A DNA stretch of 64,000 nt from Piedraia hortae CBS 480.64. Its lineage: Eukaryota. Position numbers and translations under genes: made by a program. This document shows, piece after piece, positions 1 through 13,658 of the stretch. Location of the stretch: assembly GCA_010093745.1 (NCBI GenBank), contig MU005965.1, positions 186,001-250,000 of the forward strand, given 5' to 3'. The notes under the pieces are model-generated. The model was not told the DNA's origin and searched no databases. It worked only from the letters and a program-made list of their open reading frames with translations. Positions within the stretch are counted from its first letter, which is position 1; every line of letters begins with the position of its first letter.

Positions 1-910
1 AGAACATGGCGCCCATCGTTGTCGAAGTGCTGGATAGCCCCAATGTCAACGACCGCGTAATCAGCATGACAACCGACAACGCAACAAATAACGATACGAC
101 GTGCACTGGGCTAATCAAGAAGATACCCTTTGCGAGGTCCCAGCACCTTCCGTGCATCGGGCACATCTTCAACATTGCTGTGCAGGCGGGGTTGAAGGCG
201 GGACAATTAAATGGGTAGGATATCACAATGCGCGTACAGTATGGGTGCACCTCATGCACTCAGACAGAGTCATCGAAGGAATAGTGGAGCTCAAGCAGGA
301 TTATACAGAGACTTCATTCAGACAAAAACGTTCATCTGCACCACAACACCCAGGAACTCTTACAGGCACTATATGAAACTCAGGGAGCAGGCTAGAACTC
401 TTAAGATTGGCTTCCATTTTGGGACTCAACCCAGGGGCCAGTGTCTCCTCAGGAGCTTGATATGCATTCGATGGAAGTATGGGATGTACTATGGCTTATG
501 ATATTGAACAGGATAGATCGCGACTCCTACTAAGTTCTTTTCCCACAGCGAGCGAAACTATTACCTGCATAGCAGTAGAAGCGCATTCATTCTACAGCGG
601 CTCCGAGAGCATGCACCGCACGAGCCGCAGGGACAAAACCCTCAGTAAAGGGAAAACTTGTGAAACTCCCCCATGCTCTGATTACGTTGAGCGCCCGGGC
701 AGGTACTGGTCCGAGAAGAGATTTTCTTCACAGGGCGGCATGGGACTTGACCCACTGTCGATGTGGCATTGAGGTAGCGCTGCTGCCTTCGCACGATACT
801 CACCACAGTTGAGGCCTCTTGGCTCTACCAAATGCCGTACTATAGTCAGGTTCGTAGCCGGCACCACGTACAGGTGGACCTCGTCACCGGCCGGGCGTCC
901 CATGCGTGAT
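1..910 (+). mobile_element. Decayed hAT DNA transposon fragment (transposase relic)
   Basis: ORF 6..218 has hAT motifs MTTDNATNN and HLPCIGHIFNIAVQ. Around 700-770 SEKRFSSQGG resembles the C-terminal dimerisation motif SERxFS. Frameshifts and stops lie between; the right boundary is approximate. Confidence 0.75.
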
Positions 911-1061
911 GTAGAGGAAAATACATGTAACATATTCCTAATATATTCTCTAGTTGTACTGTATAGAGTAATTTTAAACCAATATCTTCAAGTTGTACTT
1001 TGGTCGAGCAATCTCGCACGCATAGTCTGTAGTATGCGTACGTTATCGCCATGTATTAATT

Positions 1062-1149
1062 GGTTTGTTTGTTTGTTTTGTATCAATTAACGCCGAGACG
1101 GTGTCATCCCGAAGGACTAACCCGCGGCCTTACGAGGTGCATGGGGGCG
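1062..1149 (-). mobile_element. Isolated 3' end of a Tad1-like LINE with (AAAC)n tail
   Basis: Reverse complement reads CGCCCCCATG...TCCTTCGGGA...GGCGTTAATTGATACAAAACAAACAAACAAAC, clearly homologous to the LINE 3' end at 2800-2885. Confidence 0.7.
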
Positions 1150-1477
1150 ACCCAAAATGGGTGTTTAACGGCGACGCACCAGGGAGACAATGTACTTACT
1201 CCTAATATCGTGCTCGCAGCATGCTACGGGGTGTGGAAGCGGCCAGGAAAAGGGACGTGGTTGTAAAAGCATTCTGAACGCCGGAAGAGGCCAATTATTG
1301 ACGTCCAGAATTTTACACTGATATCGGTGGAATATATCCCACCATCGAACAGCTAATGCAAACTTTAAGATCTTCGATTGCAGGCAAGGATCTTCATGCC
1401 ACAGAGAGTATCTCGAGTACAGGAAACACCTTTGCAATATTCGCACACCACCCAAGATGATAGGAACCACTCTGTGA

Positions 1478-1711
1478 ATGGCCACCATGATCTGCACGGA
1501 AAGTCCCAGCATCGACAAACCTCCGCGCGACGGCTCCGTCATCCCAGCTCCTAACTTTACCGGCCGGATCCCCGACATCGCCGAGTTCAACGGTGAAGAA
1601 AGCAACGTCGTGTTATTCGTTACCGATATCTCGCTCACGTGCACATCGTACCCAGCCGCGCTCCCTACAGAGCAAGATAAGCTCCGCTACCTGATGAAGA
1701 AAGAATTCTAA
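1478..1711 (+). mobile_element. Ty3/gypsy-type gag fragment
   Basis: RIPDIAEFNGEESNVVLFVTDI...YPAALPTEQDKLRY resembles the retrotransposon gag N-terminal pattern (P..F.G....V..F ... TE..K..Y). Short, with no pol seen. Confidence 0.5.
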
Positions 1712-2439
1712 ACAACCAGAAAAAGGACGTCACGTCGAGACAGCGGAAGGAATCGTGAAAACACACAAACGGCCCTGACTTTCCGCGCTTGAACAAAGGC
1801 GCCCCCAAAACTCCATTCCTTTTTCTGGCGACAGGCAAGAGCTCAAGGACTTCAAGGTTATCCTTCAATTTGAACTTGCTGCCAGCGAGAGCTGGTACAA
1901 GCTCTGCCTAGCGTGAAACAACAAAAACAAATGTAAAAACAAGGTACGAGACTGAACAAAAAGAATTGGTGGGCAATGGAAAGGATACCGGCCGAGCTGG
2001 CGAAGCGGCCTGCCAATTCTGCGGATTTCTTGCACAATACAAGTGTCTACTATAATAAGGTTTGTCGTTGCGGCTGAACACTGTGTTGTGCCTTGGGACA
2101 CTGCGAGCTGTCTACACTTCTCGGACAGCGGGGATTTTATTTTCGTTTTCAGTTTCAACGTCATAGCGGTGCGGCCGTGAACAGTCGGCCGTAGCCACCT
2201 CGAGGGCACAGAGCGTTCTAAGATAGGAACTCTTTACATTCTTTAAGACTTACCTAGTCCGCTTTGTGTGGGCACAATACTCATCGTGTGTGCTGTCATG
2301 GCGATAGATACTGCAAGTTGACTTGGGTTTGGGCAAAGTCTAGCTCCAATATTCGGGCGTTTGTGCTTGTTCAGTGAATACTAAATCAGACTAGACAACA
2401 TCCATCTCGCCGAGTATCTTTATTCCGAAACAATAACAG

Positions 2440-2885
2440 CACAGCTGATGGCGCAAGGAGACAATGGCTCCAAGAATTGGAGAACGGTGCTAATGCAGGT
2501 GATAAAAGGTATGGACAGTGGTCGTTCATATCAGAAAAGAGCAATAAATCTCTCTACGACGAACACATGTTATAATGAGACTATGGCTACAGCTGGAGTT
2601 CTTACGGTCCTGGTCCAGACTCGACACTCCGGAGTTCTATCAGGATAACCCAAGTTTGTCACGAGATATCCACAACAGACACAAGGCCAGAAAAGAATAG
2701 AGTGTGGACATACAAAATCGGAAAACCTTACCAAAATGACAGATCAACAGGTGTTATCCCCTTCCTCTTCCTAGCCCTTACCCTTACCCTCCTCATAACA
2801 CGCCCCCATGCTCTTCGGGAGACCGCTGTCGGTCTTTCGGAACGACACCGCCCAGGCGTTAAATGATAGAAACAAGCAAACAAAC
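2440..2885 (+). mobile_element. 3' portion of a decayed Tad1-clade LINE
   Basis: VLTVLVQTRHSG resembles the ORF2 C-terminal L.QLRTGH motif. It is followed by the conserved 3' motif and an AAACAAGCAAACAAAC tail. Confidence 0.6.
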
Positions 2886-3020
2886 CCACACCCTTCTCTT
2901 CAGTCCTAAGCGGTGTTTTGAACCACTCTACGGAGAGAAGATGGAGGAAAGTGGCCGGAACGAACAAGAAAAGATCGAGCACGTCGGTGTCAATCCCGCT
3001 GGGAAGCTAGCCTATAGCCG

Positions 3021-3700
3021 CTAGACACAAAAACAAGGAACAAAGAGTGACGCGTGTGTCAACCCCAGTTCTGCCAGCAAAAACACGGGACTGCATAGCC
3101 GTATAAGAATGTGCCCCCATGCTATGCTCAGGCACGTGAGCATAGATATAATCGTAGGGAGAATGAGGTTTCGCTGGTAGGTACCTATCGCCCTGCCCGA
3201 CGAGAAAAGCCGCCCTGAGACTGTGCTAGACACTTGGATGGGGAGATGGCTTGCAACCAGCCTTGCCAGAGCTGAAGAACTCGGCGCCATCGTCTTTCAT
3301 CACGTCAAGGTATCAGCCTTCTCATCTACCACACTCTCCGATCGATACAGCCTTAGGTCGGCCAGTGTGACGTCTCGGATGTAGCGAAGCCAAAGCACTT
3401 TCGCTTGTTGGACAGCATCTGGAGGATACTGTTACCGTGTTGGGTGCCTGGACTTTCTTGGGAGACCGCCTCAATGATAGTGCCGGTGCTCGAGATAGAC
3501 TCGACGGCTGCCTTGATGTACTTACTCTTCGATGTTACCGGGCTTGTCGAGGAGATTGACTAGTTTGTATCTGGGGTCCAGAAGGGCAGCAATGTAGGCG
3601 GACGACTTGAAATAGCGCTGCCTGTAGTCGATCAGCTTCTGCTGCATAGCAACCAAGCAGCTCTCGAGCTCGGCTTTACGGTCCTCCCTACATTGCATCA
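3021..3700 (-). mobile_element. Decayed hAT transposase (C-terminal half)
   Basis: Minus strand gives YIAALLDPRYKL (about 3560-3600) and the dimerisation domain LARLVASHLPIQVSSTVSGRLFSSGRAIGTYQRNLILPTIISMLTCL (ORF 3021..3290). Confidence 0.8.
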
Positions 3701-4168
3701 CGTAAAGAGTTTGTCAGACGCCTGCCTTCAATAGATAGGGCACCGGCCTCTTCAGAGTTTTCTATCTCATGGCGGGTGTTTCCCCTGGAGCGTGGTTACG
3801 TCAAAGGACGTTGTCACGGCGAATGTGGTTCGGGCCGGGGAGAGAGAGTCTAGAGAATTCTTGCTGTGCAAGCCTTCTCTTGACTTCAGACCGATTCCAT
3901 AGTGAGGTATCACACACACTGTTGCTTGTGTCACATTTCACCGATATTGAAGTGATGTGCGTAGATCCCTTCCTCGGTCCGATAGAGTCGCGCCATGCAA
4001 TTAAACTTTGCGCAGCTCGCTCACTGACTTCACGGCCCCGTACTTCTCCAGGTCTGCAGGTTCAGCGTCCCAGCCAGGTAACATCTCGTCGCTGTGCAAC
4101 ATGCAAGAATTATGCAATGTCATACAAGCTGAGACGGTGAGCTTGACAAGGTCTGGGTTTGCATAGAC

Positions 4169-4665
4169 CTAGCGGAGCAATATCCTCCATCGTGACTTTA
4201 ACATGCCGAACGTCCGCTCCACTACCATCCTGGACGAGGAGTGACGGGTGTTGAAGGCCCTTGTCCGCCCAAAGCTGCATATTTGGAAATCTATGACAAT
4301 GAAGTGGATGGAGGTAGCCACTCGGACATTGAGATTGTCGCAGAAGTCTATGTTGAAGGTAGCACCAGCTCCTGTGGATTTTGTCGCGAACCTCGCGGAG
4401 ACGAGGAGAAGATTTCGGGGCTGAATTGAATAAGTTCGATGGCTTTCGACCACCGAAGACGAAGAAAGCAAAGAATGGGAGGAAATGACAGTGATGTGGG
4501 AGCCAACCGCGATTAATGAAAGGTACCAGCCGCTTACTGGAGCGCAGATTCCTCTGCCTGATAACTTCTATTCGTGGGAAGAAAATTCGGAGGTGAAAAT
4601 TTTCTTCCCACGGATTGTTTCCGACACAAGATCGTGAAAATTTTCGTAATTCGTCACGTGCACCC
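4169..4665 (-). mobile_element. PIF/Harbinger transposase relic with a candidate terminus
   Basis: FNTRHSSSRMVVERTFGMLKSRWRIL is the DDE_Tnp_4 C-terminal signature. The sequence ...CACGTGCACCC|TAA at 4655-4668 fits a GGG-starting TIR with a TAA/TTA target site. Confidence 0.75.
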
Positions 4666-4862
4666 TAAAGCACTCAAATTATTTCTCACAAGCAGTGCAG
4701 AACCCGCTGGTACCCAATGGCGCCCGCCAGCGGACACTGGCATAAGAAAGCGCAAACCGGAGAGAGACACGCAAGGAAGCAGACGCAGGACATAGGCAGG
4801 ATATGTAGCCTCTTTATTTATAACGGACAGAATTATACTGGCTTGATTTTACTGTAGTGATC

Positions 4863-5220
4863 CTATACTATTCCTCCAGGTGTTTCGCAGTCGGCTGTAC
4901 GTGACGGGCAGATATTTTTTCCACCAGAATCAACAGTTCTTTCCATCATGTCCTCTACAACTATAGTAATCCCGGTTTCTACCGCGGCCTTGATGTATGG
5001 GCTCAGACACTCCGCGAGAATTTCTTCCATGGGGAAGCATTCTCGCATGAGTTCCTCGACGGTGCGCTTCTTGGCATTCAAGGCTTGGGTTTTGGCTTGT
5101 GAAAAGCCCTCGGAAGGGGGCAATTTGGGGTCACGTCTAGTTGATGTTAGATGTCTTGAAGGGAGAGTCTCTTTGGAGGGATTATTGGGAAGGGAAGGGG
5201 GGGTGGGGGAAGCAAATGGC
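4863..5220 (-). other. Possible orphan exon or gene remnant
   Basis: Stop-free frame of about 119 codons starting after a TAG near 5221 (possible acceptor), including a helical-looking segment. No recognisable family and no convincing start. Confidence 0.2.
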
Positions 5221-5485
5221 TACGATGACGGAAACAGTCATGGAGAGTTCCACTTCGTGGGACTGATGATCAAAATTGAGCAATAGCAGAATAAACCGGT
5301 CCTGCTTAATGTCCATGCCCACAAGGTTGAGATATGATAGAGTATGGAGGGTAAAGTCTCATGGTAGGGAGACGTGAAACGTACGAGATTGAGGGGAACG
5401 GCTGAACGCTTTCTAGGGGTATCTCGACTTCAAGCTCGGCTATTCATGCTAACGCGGTGTCTTGCCACTAGTGAGAAGCTTCTCG

Positions 5486-7096
5486 TTAATCAACATTCTG
5501 TACGTCTGAATGGCTTTCGACATTTGTGGCAGCTGTTGAGTCGGATTGGGATCCGACAGCTGATGGAAGCTCTCCTTTCACAGACCAATGATTGAGGTTC
5601 CGCAAATGGTCTTCAAACACCGGGTTGATCGTTACTTGTGCGTCATTGTACTGGGCGTTTGACACCACAAACACATGGTTTGGTGCATAGGGCCAATTGA
5701 CATTGAGCGTCTTCATGTATTCGCTAAATACATCATTCTTGGTGCCTTCGGACATTATTCGCTGGCGTAGTGAAGGCCTTTAAAACGTCAGCATGTATGC
5801 TTGGATGCATTATAAAAAGAATTACCAGGGTATATAGTCGACCCAGAGAGGATGTTCGTTTTGCAGCGCTTCAGCCGTCGGTCGTGCCCATGCCGGCAAC
5901 CGGACATAGCATGGCTCGCAGGGACATATATGCCATCTTAATACCAGGAACATGAGATAGAGAATTGCGGCTCTCTCTGGCAAAGCAGATGTTGAGGCGA
6001 ACTGCGAGAGCACATCATTGAGGAAAGCTGATAGCGGGTGGAGCCTATGTGGCATTTCAGGGCCACAAAGTGCTTCGAAAGCTGGATAGTGCGAGCCAAG
6101 AACGCTATGCAGTGGTGTGCCCTTGGAAACCTCTTGGCGACAACGGACGATAAAGTCGCTTAGCATTACATCAAACGGGTTTTCTGACGGAATACTCTTG
6201 GGCAGCCTGAGCCATATGGGGTTCAGTGCCGCCCGAAAGAACTCGGGCGACGGATTTAATGATGACGAGGGGGGAGCGGCGGCATGTATAGCCGGTGAGG
6301 GTCGAGATTGCGTAGACATCACTCCCTTCGCAATACCATCAATTGCCACCAGGGAGGAAGCATTTGCTTGCTGCTCTGCTCCACCTACTTGGGAAACATC
6401 GTTGTTTCTTAACGGCTGAGGACTCGATAAGCCCCCGTCATGGACATGCGCATTTACAGGGGCCATGGGAGCCGCAGACTGCTGCTGACACAGACGAGGG
6501 TCGTATTGCTGTGTCTGTTCCGCAGTCGTCTGGCCATTAGACCAGCGTTCTAGAGAATGGGGCTGCGCCTGGGATACAGCGGGCATTGGGACTTGCTGTA
6601 CCGTTAGGGCTGCCAATTCTGCAGCAGGCTCCGTAAGCCAATGTGGATCTATAAGACCGTGATGCACCAACATACCATTCAAACCTCCAGGACCCACCTG
6701 ACTGGTGGCCTGGGCGAGCTCTGATAACTTTTGCTGCAATGCCTCGCATCTTTGCAGAGCTTGGTCACGCTCCCGCGTTAATCGTTGTATTTCCTGGAAG
6801 GGCTGTTGTCTTTCGAGCTCTTGAATACGGTTAGTTAGCCCCTCGATTGTGGCTTTGGTGCGCTTCCTGATGGCGCGCTGGGCTTCCCGGTCATTTGCGC
6901 GTTTCTTTTCCAGCTGTTCGGGGTTGAGATTAGCAACACCGCGAGACCCTGGTGCCGCGCGTGGTCTTTTTCTCCTGCCTTGAGATGTGGCGGGGTCGCT
7001 GGCCGACGGGCTCAGTGCAGCGGCCGCCGTCTGTTGTGCGCTGACTGGATACGGGTCATGTTGAGAGTCTTCCAGACTTTGGTGCGACGGCTGCAT
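5486..7096 (-). CDS. bZIP transcription factor with C-terminal DUF3425 domain (3 exons: 7096-6676, 6618-5826, 5777-5486)
   Basis: Basic region LEKKRANDREAQRAIRKRTK plus zipper. DUF3425-type HPLWVDYIPWPSLR and LNVNWPY...INPVFEDHLRNLNHW are joined by a 48-nt intron (5825-5778, GTAATT...GCTGAC...AAG). Probable in-frame 57-nt intron at 6675-6619. First ATG is at 7096. Confidence 0.85.
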
Positions 7097-8099
7097 TAAG
7101 CTTTTAAATGCTGGCCTGCGGCGGACAAAAGTCAGGTGGACGCGTAGTTGGAATTGACTTGACTCGCGGGAACGCGGGGCAGTCTTGGCACTGAACGCGC
7201 ACTTGACCCTACAAATATTCGAGCACATATTCCACCCAATCCCACACTTCAATAAAAACAATCGGATTGAGGATGCGGGCAGCCACGTTAAACATGTCGC
7301 TATATCTCAGACCATAATAGTTCATCATTATGCCTCTGTTGCGCTGATCAAGTGATGCGAATTAGTAGTCCTAACGAGGACAAACCAAACGTCAACTAGA
7401 GAGGAGCTAGAACGCTATGAGATGAAGGATAAGCGTAAGAGAGTCGCGTGCGGCGACGAGCACCCATAATAACCAGCTGGAATCATGCCGTACCCAACCC
7501 AAGGGCGAGACGAACATCCTCAGCCACTACCAGCTTGTCATGGACATCTATCCTCATTTGCGTGACTTGCAAGTTTCCGCTCAGGCTTGTAGGCTGCAGG
7601 CCGCCAGTCTGTGAACCATCCGCGGCCAGGATCCTGCTGAGAAACTCGCCAATACCACTCTATATTTTCGGGTGCGCCAGCTAGTGCGAACAGCCATCGA
7701 CAACGGTGGCTTCGCATACCGCATGGAGAGAGGGTGGTTACAGTCAAGCTCGAAATCTGTACCCCGCCAACCGCCCCTTCTCCTTTGCTGCCCTGCCCAT
7801 CATGCACTTTTCCTCCCACTCGAAGGACGACCTCGCCCACGTCCTTCGCGTGTTTGAGCCCGCAGTGTAACCAGGGGGCAGCGGTCACCCAGCAGGACTT
7901 CGCCCTAACGTTATTGTCAAGGCTTCTCTGACTTTACACCATCATGCATTGAAGTCAGTGTGGGATGGTTTTATGCATACAGTCATGTAAACTATTCTTC
8001 AAACCACCGACTTCGCCAGCTGAACCACATACGAAAGAGGCGCTCTCAGACCGTAGCAGAGGGCCATAACTATAGAGGCATTCGCAAAATCATTAATGA

Positions 8100-9400
8100 T
8101 GTGGGAATATATCTGGTTAATGGAGGGACTCATCAGAAGTTCCCACCCCGTCTCGAGGAAACAAATCTAACCCAGTTTGTGTGAGAAGTCTTGTCTGCCA
8201 ATGGCGAAAAGGTCACAGCCGTAAAGCTAAATAAAATGGTAAATGAACGCCTTAGCGGTCAACAAGAGCATGTGGCAAGAAAAGTCAGCTTTTCCCAGCT
8301 AGACGCTGACTTGTGTGCCTAGGTTTCAAGTGGTAGGAGGTGCGGAAAAGGCCTCTTTATAGATGGTTATGAGCGTCTGGACGTTGTCGGGCAACGTCGG
8401 GCGTACGTGGAGGAGTGGAAGCGGCTGAGCCCGCTCTTTGCGTCGACCGAGGAGGGTAAGTTGGTAGGTGAGCCGCTGGTCCTCAACAGGCAAAAGAGGC
8501 TTATCCCAATTGTCCACGATGAGTACACATTCCACCATATGACTCATGGCGGTTTGTTTGGGTGCCCAAGGGACAGATGCCATTACGGACCAAGGAAGAA
8601 GGGAAAGGGATGGTAGTGTCGGGGTTTATCACACCCATTGACCCGATCGATGGTTGTGCCGCGCTCCATCTCGGACGAGGCCTTCGAGAGGCAGGCATCC
8701 CCCGTATCTCCGATGAGTTCGTGGAGTACGGCAAGAACAAGCACTCGAACAGAGAGACCGTGGCCAACCAATTGGCAAGCAAGGGTCGTGAAGTTGACCT
8801 TCGTAAATATGAGCCTCTGTGGATCTTTAACAACACATCAAACCACACGTGTAAGCCCAGGGGCATACTCTCCATGGAAAAGATCAGTCTTGGAGACAGA
8901 GAGCAGCAGCCATTTATGCGAGATACAGTTGACCCAGGCACTGGAGTGGTGCAGCAGACGTGGTAGCCCGGGCCACAGAGAGGCGCAGTGCGATTGCTTC
9001 AAGAGCGCGGACTACGGAGAAATGGCCTGCGTTTGAAATGCAGGACCGAGCACTCTGCATCAAACGATTGCTGTGCAAATCATCTCTTGGGCTCGCAGGC
9101 AGACTTCGTGAGGATGGCAAGTTTCTGTTCCTTCCCAAATTCCACCCGGAGCTGAACGGGATCGAATGCTGCTCGGGTATTATCAAGTGGTGGTTCTGTG
9201 AGCACTGTGATTACACGTTGTCCGACTTACGGAGGAACGTTGTGTTGTCACTTGAAGAAGTGAAGGCCAGTACCACCCAGGCCCATTTCCGGGGTTATGC
9301 CAGGCAATCGAGGCATACGATAAGGGCATGATTTACGGTGATGATAATGTCACACAAAACGTTCATCTCTCGCATCGTCGCCCAGCAGCGACGTAATGGA
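8100..9400 (+). mobile_element. Decayed IS630-Tc1-mariner-related DDE transposase
   Basis: Frameshifted segments IVHDEYTF, PLRTKEEGKGMVVSGF and FLPKFHPELNGIE...CDYTLSDLRRNV match the fungal HDESTF / PKFHCELN.IE transposase family. Boundaries are approximate. Confidence 0.75.
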
Positions 9401-10259
9401 ATGTTTTCAAATGGACTTTCTTGTGCTTTGGAAGTTGAAACCACACCCCCATCCGCCAGTCCCCTTCTGCCCACAGTGGTCGCTCAATGGGTGGTAAGAG
9501 GCTCTCCTCGGGGATACCTAAGTATTTCCAAAGCCGTAAAGAGGCCCTACTGAAGCCCGAGCGGCTGAAACTCGCTCAACTGACTTGCTGTCTGCATTTG
9601 TGCAACAAATTGAAGACAGGCACATGGAAAGCATAGCACAGTTATAAAGTACGCCAAGACGAAGCTAGTAAAGGCTCAAGCGGATATGCAAGTTGGTTAA
9701 CAGAAAGCTTGAACGATTCAGCATAAGGGCCCCGTCCGGTGTATGATATGCAACCACAGCTACGGGTTTCCAACGTTGGAGAGACTGGGCACAAGACCTT
9801 GACGAAAATTATCCCTCTATCCCCCCCCGGACGTCTCATATAAACCTTGAATTATCCTCTCGACGCCGGAGACAAGTGCCAATCTCAGACTTGTGTCGGT
9901 GACCGCCTTTGGACTCAAAAGCCGCTAATGTATTAGACAGTCGCTTGTTGATGACGCGTGCCATCATGGTTAGACACTTCTGAGTCGTCTGGAAATTGAG
10001 TCCAGCCCCATGACAACCGGAGACTGCACTTGTGAAACTTGAATGTTTCGGCAGACTAGACACAACTGATCACTCGTCTCTAAGAGCGAAAGGAGCATAC
10101 TGGACATGCGCTAGCATACACAACACCAGCTGAGGCTCTGAGTATCTCGACAGCATCATTCAAAGCCCTTACGAAAGCTCCACAACCAACTATGGCACCA
10201 AGAAACAGAAACCTTCCCAACCTCGTCCAGTATATCCCATCAGAATCCTCATCACCAGC

Positions 10260-10700
10260 CACGACACCATCCGGGCAATAGAGCTACTGAGATCTGAGTA
10301 CGAGGAGATACAAACTTGGTGCGACAAAAACACCACCACTCTTAAGCCGGGCAAGGCGGAACTAATTTACCTTCCGCGGAAGCGCGTGCGGCAGTCGCCG
10401 TCCATTGATATTGGCGCACCGGGGCATGTGCGATCAACACCGTGGCAATTCGTCATACTACGCACAATACCCTACCCAATCTCCGGCGCGTCTGGGGCTT
10501 CTTCTGCCACCCTCGCATTCATGACTGTGTTTACTCAGCACGTCCAACGACAAAATCAGCTTTCAATTGGATACATGCACTACGATCATCTGCGACATTG
10601 GCAAACATTACGCCTTCGCTAAGCTTCTGGGCGATGCAGAGAAGACGTTGACCAACCCCAAGATGAAAACCCTGAAGTACACCATTAACTACGTCCAGTG
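10260..10700 (+). mobile_element. LINE reverse-transcriptase fragment
   Basis: LKPGKAELIYLPRKR resembles Tad1 F.PEKTELIHF.R.R. It is followed by LRRVWGFF and FTQHV, like the ..LG..LD..L.F..HV thumb region. Heavily degenerate. Confidence 0.5.
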
Positions 10701-10920
10701 AGAGATTTGGAAGCGTCCCCTATACTCAAGGCGGCGAATCCGGACGTTACCTGCGCCCACTTCAAAGAGACGTGGGATGCCAACGTGCTCTCATGTTGGC
10801 ACGTGATTCACGGCAATGTCGAGGGCCAATCCGACGACAGGGCTAAATGGTACTTGAAAGATTGGCTGCCCGCCCGACGAAGCTTGTGCGAACCACTGAC
10901 GGGATTCCAGGCCTTTTGAC

Positions 10921-11500
10921 GATTTGATTTGATCTTTTACGCCGGGCGAAATGACCGCTAACGGCCATTCGCAGCCTCCCGAAGGGCATGAGGGCGTGCT
11001 AAACTAGGTCTACCTACATACGTTAGGTTCTTTAGCAAGCATCTCGAGCCTCAATGGGCTGTTATCCAGCCGCGGTCCTCCTCCGCATTGCGAGGATAGC
11101 CTGCGGCCTGTGTTTCCCATAGATGTTGCTCAGCCACGCGGACAGATTTCTCGAAAGAAACCTCTGTTGGCAACAAACGCGGCAAAGTCTGTGGGCCTTC
11201 TGACCAGGTCGGCAAGATACTTCTTCCGCCCTTCGAAATCCAGCATCCGCCTCGGTCCATCCCAGAACCAAGGCCAGACTCGCCACTGGCGAGCAACGCG
11301 CGGGCAATGCACCAAGTGCTCAGGGGCCTTTGGTCGGCCGCACCTGCAGTTGAGAACTGCGTTGTCGTGTAGGCTTTTTGACGAGTTTATGCGTGGAGGT
11401 GCTATCCATGATTAAGGGCTGCGAGAAATTTGCCGCGACTCAGGCGGCTGAACCACAGGAAGCAGCAGGGCCGGAGCAGGGTGAGAATGCTGCGCCCAAG
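10921..11500 (-). mobile_element. 3' end of a Tad1-clade LINE (ORF2 C-terminal CCHC region plus 3' UTR)
   Basis: CRCGRPKAPEHLVHCPRVARQWRVWPWFWDGPRRMLDFEGRKKYLADL...FFREICPRG, followed by the structured 3' motif and a GGCGTAAAAGATCAAATCAAATC tail. Homologous to 27265-27751. Confidence 0.85.
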
Positions 11501-12949
11501 GTCGCCTGCGTGAATGCCAGGATCATTCTCGACATTGCCTACGACGGCATGTTTACACACGAGGAGTTCTTGAAAGCCCAGTGCTCGGCTCTGAGAACCT
11601 GGCATTTGCATAAGAGGCAAAGGGAACGCGCTTTAGACTACATCACTAACCTCGACTGGATTCCTGCGACTTCAAACATTGCGAGTGTAGTTCTACAAGG
11701 CGCGATGGATTTGCATGGACTATCACAAGCCAATGTCTAAACAAGATATATGGACCGATTATGTTCTTGCACGAGGTCCTTGCATGGTGGGATTGAATTG
11801 ACGTCGCGAAATCATACATCGGTGACGTGGATGAGATAGAGTAGATGGGTGCCCTTGACGTTGGTGACGGCCTCCCGATCCGTTCGTCGTCAATCGGATA
11901 GAAAAAGTATCGTATTTGGGTGTTGTCGTCAAAGCAATTGCTTGTCAGCAATTGGCCAGGAATCTGTATTGGAGTCTGTTTCTCCGCTCCGTGATGCCTG
12001 AATGATGCCTTGCAAAGCTCACCTAACTCAATCTCGTCCAACACACCCGGCCCTGGCCTCTCGACCCAAAGCTACATAATCATTGTCACGTGGTCCACAA
12101 CCAGCTCAGAAACTATTCATTGCAACACGCTTCGCCTCGAAATGGGGACTGCTACATCCTCAGGCGGTGGGGGTAATCAAGAAATCCAAGGCTACCAGTC
12201 GTCTGGGCTTCATACGCCTTCACTCACTCGGAAGATTACTTCCCGACGCATTCGATACACCCGAACGCCCTTGTACACACTGCACGAGGCTGCTTTAACG
12301 AACGAAGACCCCACCCTGTCAGCAAACGTCGAAACTACCTCCGACGACGAACTCGGCATGGAAATCGACAAGAAGAGCACCTGAACGTCAGAAGCGGACG
12401 GCGAAAGGACGCCCAAAACGCAAAGCTTCTTATCCGAGTCCAGAAGTCGGAAACGCAAATCAATCCAGTCCCACCTGGGGAGATTGCGAAGCACTTCCCA
12501 AGACTGGAACTACAAATCATAGAGACTGTGAAACTGATCCAGAGCAACTTGATCGCATTGATGGCATTGAAACGCCAACAGTCCCACTCGTCAGATGTAC
12601 CCACTATGATTTAGGAAATGGAGGCCCTTCGACTCCGGATCTGGTTCGTGTAGCATTGTCAAATCCTTCCCAATGGGTCATTTGGTTTACTGTAGCTAAG
12701 AGGGAACAAAATACTCAAAACCTAAGACGTGAGAACAATATCCTTTGAATGCCCACCAGAGACGGCATCAGCAATACGATGAATTCCTGACGCGGCTGAA
12801 TGCCTGGTCATCAGGTTCACTGCTGGCAAGACCAAAGCCCCCTTGTGAACACTGACCAAAGCCGTTGGATATTCTCCGACGAGTGCTTCGTGGAGTTGAC
12901 GCTTGAAAACGACGCCATTGGGCTTTAGCGTTTCGTCCAGCAGCACCTA

Positions 12950-13400
12950 AGGGCATTCAAGTCCTTCGGTCTCTGTGACCCGACTCTACTCGCAATCAAT
13001 TCGAGCTTTGCTGCGCTTGGGAAGGACTTGTTTCCTCACTACAACGGCCAGGTCTCAATGCTACCCCGCCGATGAGATCCTTTTTGAGAAGCATGAGATT
13101 CAGATTGGGCCTCCTTGCAGCCTCCGACCTGGCACCGATTGAGAAAACCTGGCTGCGTTAGAAAAACAACGTGTTCCAGCCAGGCATGACATTAGGGAGG
13201 GGGAGGTGCGTAGTATATATATGTGAGATATTTTTCCGCAGGCTTGAAAGAAGATATCAAGAGGGGGAGGGGTTAATATCGAATAGTGTGGACAGCATGC
13301 GGCTGTGATTGAGGCGGGGGGTTAGTGTAATTGTATTTAGAATGCTTTCGGCATGTTCAGTCTTGTATGATAGTCCTGATACTTTTGGTGTGCCATAGGA
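12950..13400 (+). mobile_element. Tc1/mariner transposase C-terminal relic
   Basis: DW...SDLAPIEKTWLR*KN matches WPP.SPDLNPIEN.W. Later SM...AVIEAGG matches the Tc1 C-terminus. Confidence 0.65.
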
Positions 13401-13658
13401 TCTGAATAGGGCGGCTTACTGCATTGCACTGCACTTTTGTTGCAGAACCAAGTGTGCCATCTCACAGATACCCTACCATCAACGCCTACATATGACAAGA
13501 AGCACCTCTATGACACTGCATCCCCCCATTCTCACCACTAAAACCTGATGCAAAGAAAGTCACATAACATCTACAAATCTATGCAATGTCTTTTCCATAA
13601 CCACATCAATCAATCCGTGCTTTACAACAAAAAGCAAAAAACAATAACCGTGAACACC

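Noticed and set aside
1062..2885. About 90-bp inverted repeats that look like TIRs of a 1.8-kb element
   Set aside because: Both are LINE 3' ends with (AAAC)n tails in opposite orientation; the same motif follows LINE ORF2 remnants elsewhere.
7097..7261. N-terminal extension of the bZIP ORF from a TTG start (likewise the GTG start for BDF1 at 63858)
   Set aside because: Artefact of allowing non-ATG starts; downstream ATGs give sensible proteins.
9600..12950. Short ORFs at 9642-10063 and 11646-12956
   Set aside because: Probably more TE debris, but no motif was clear enough to assign.
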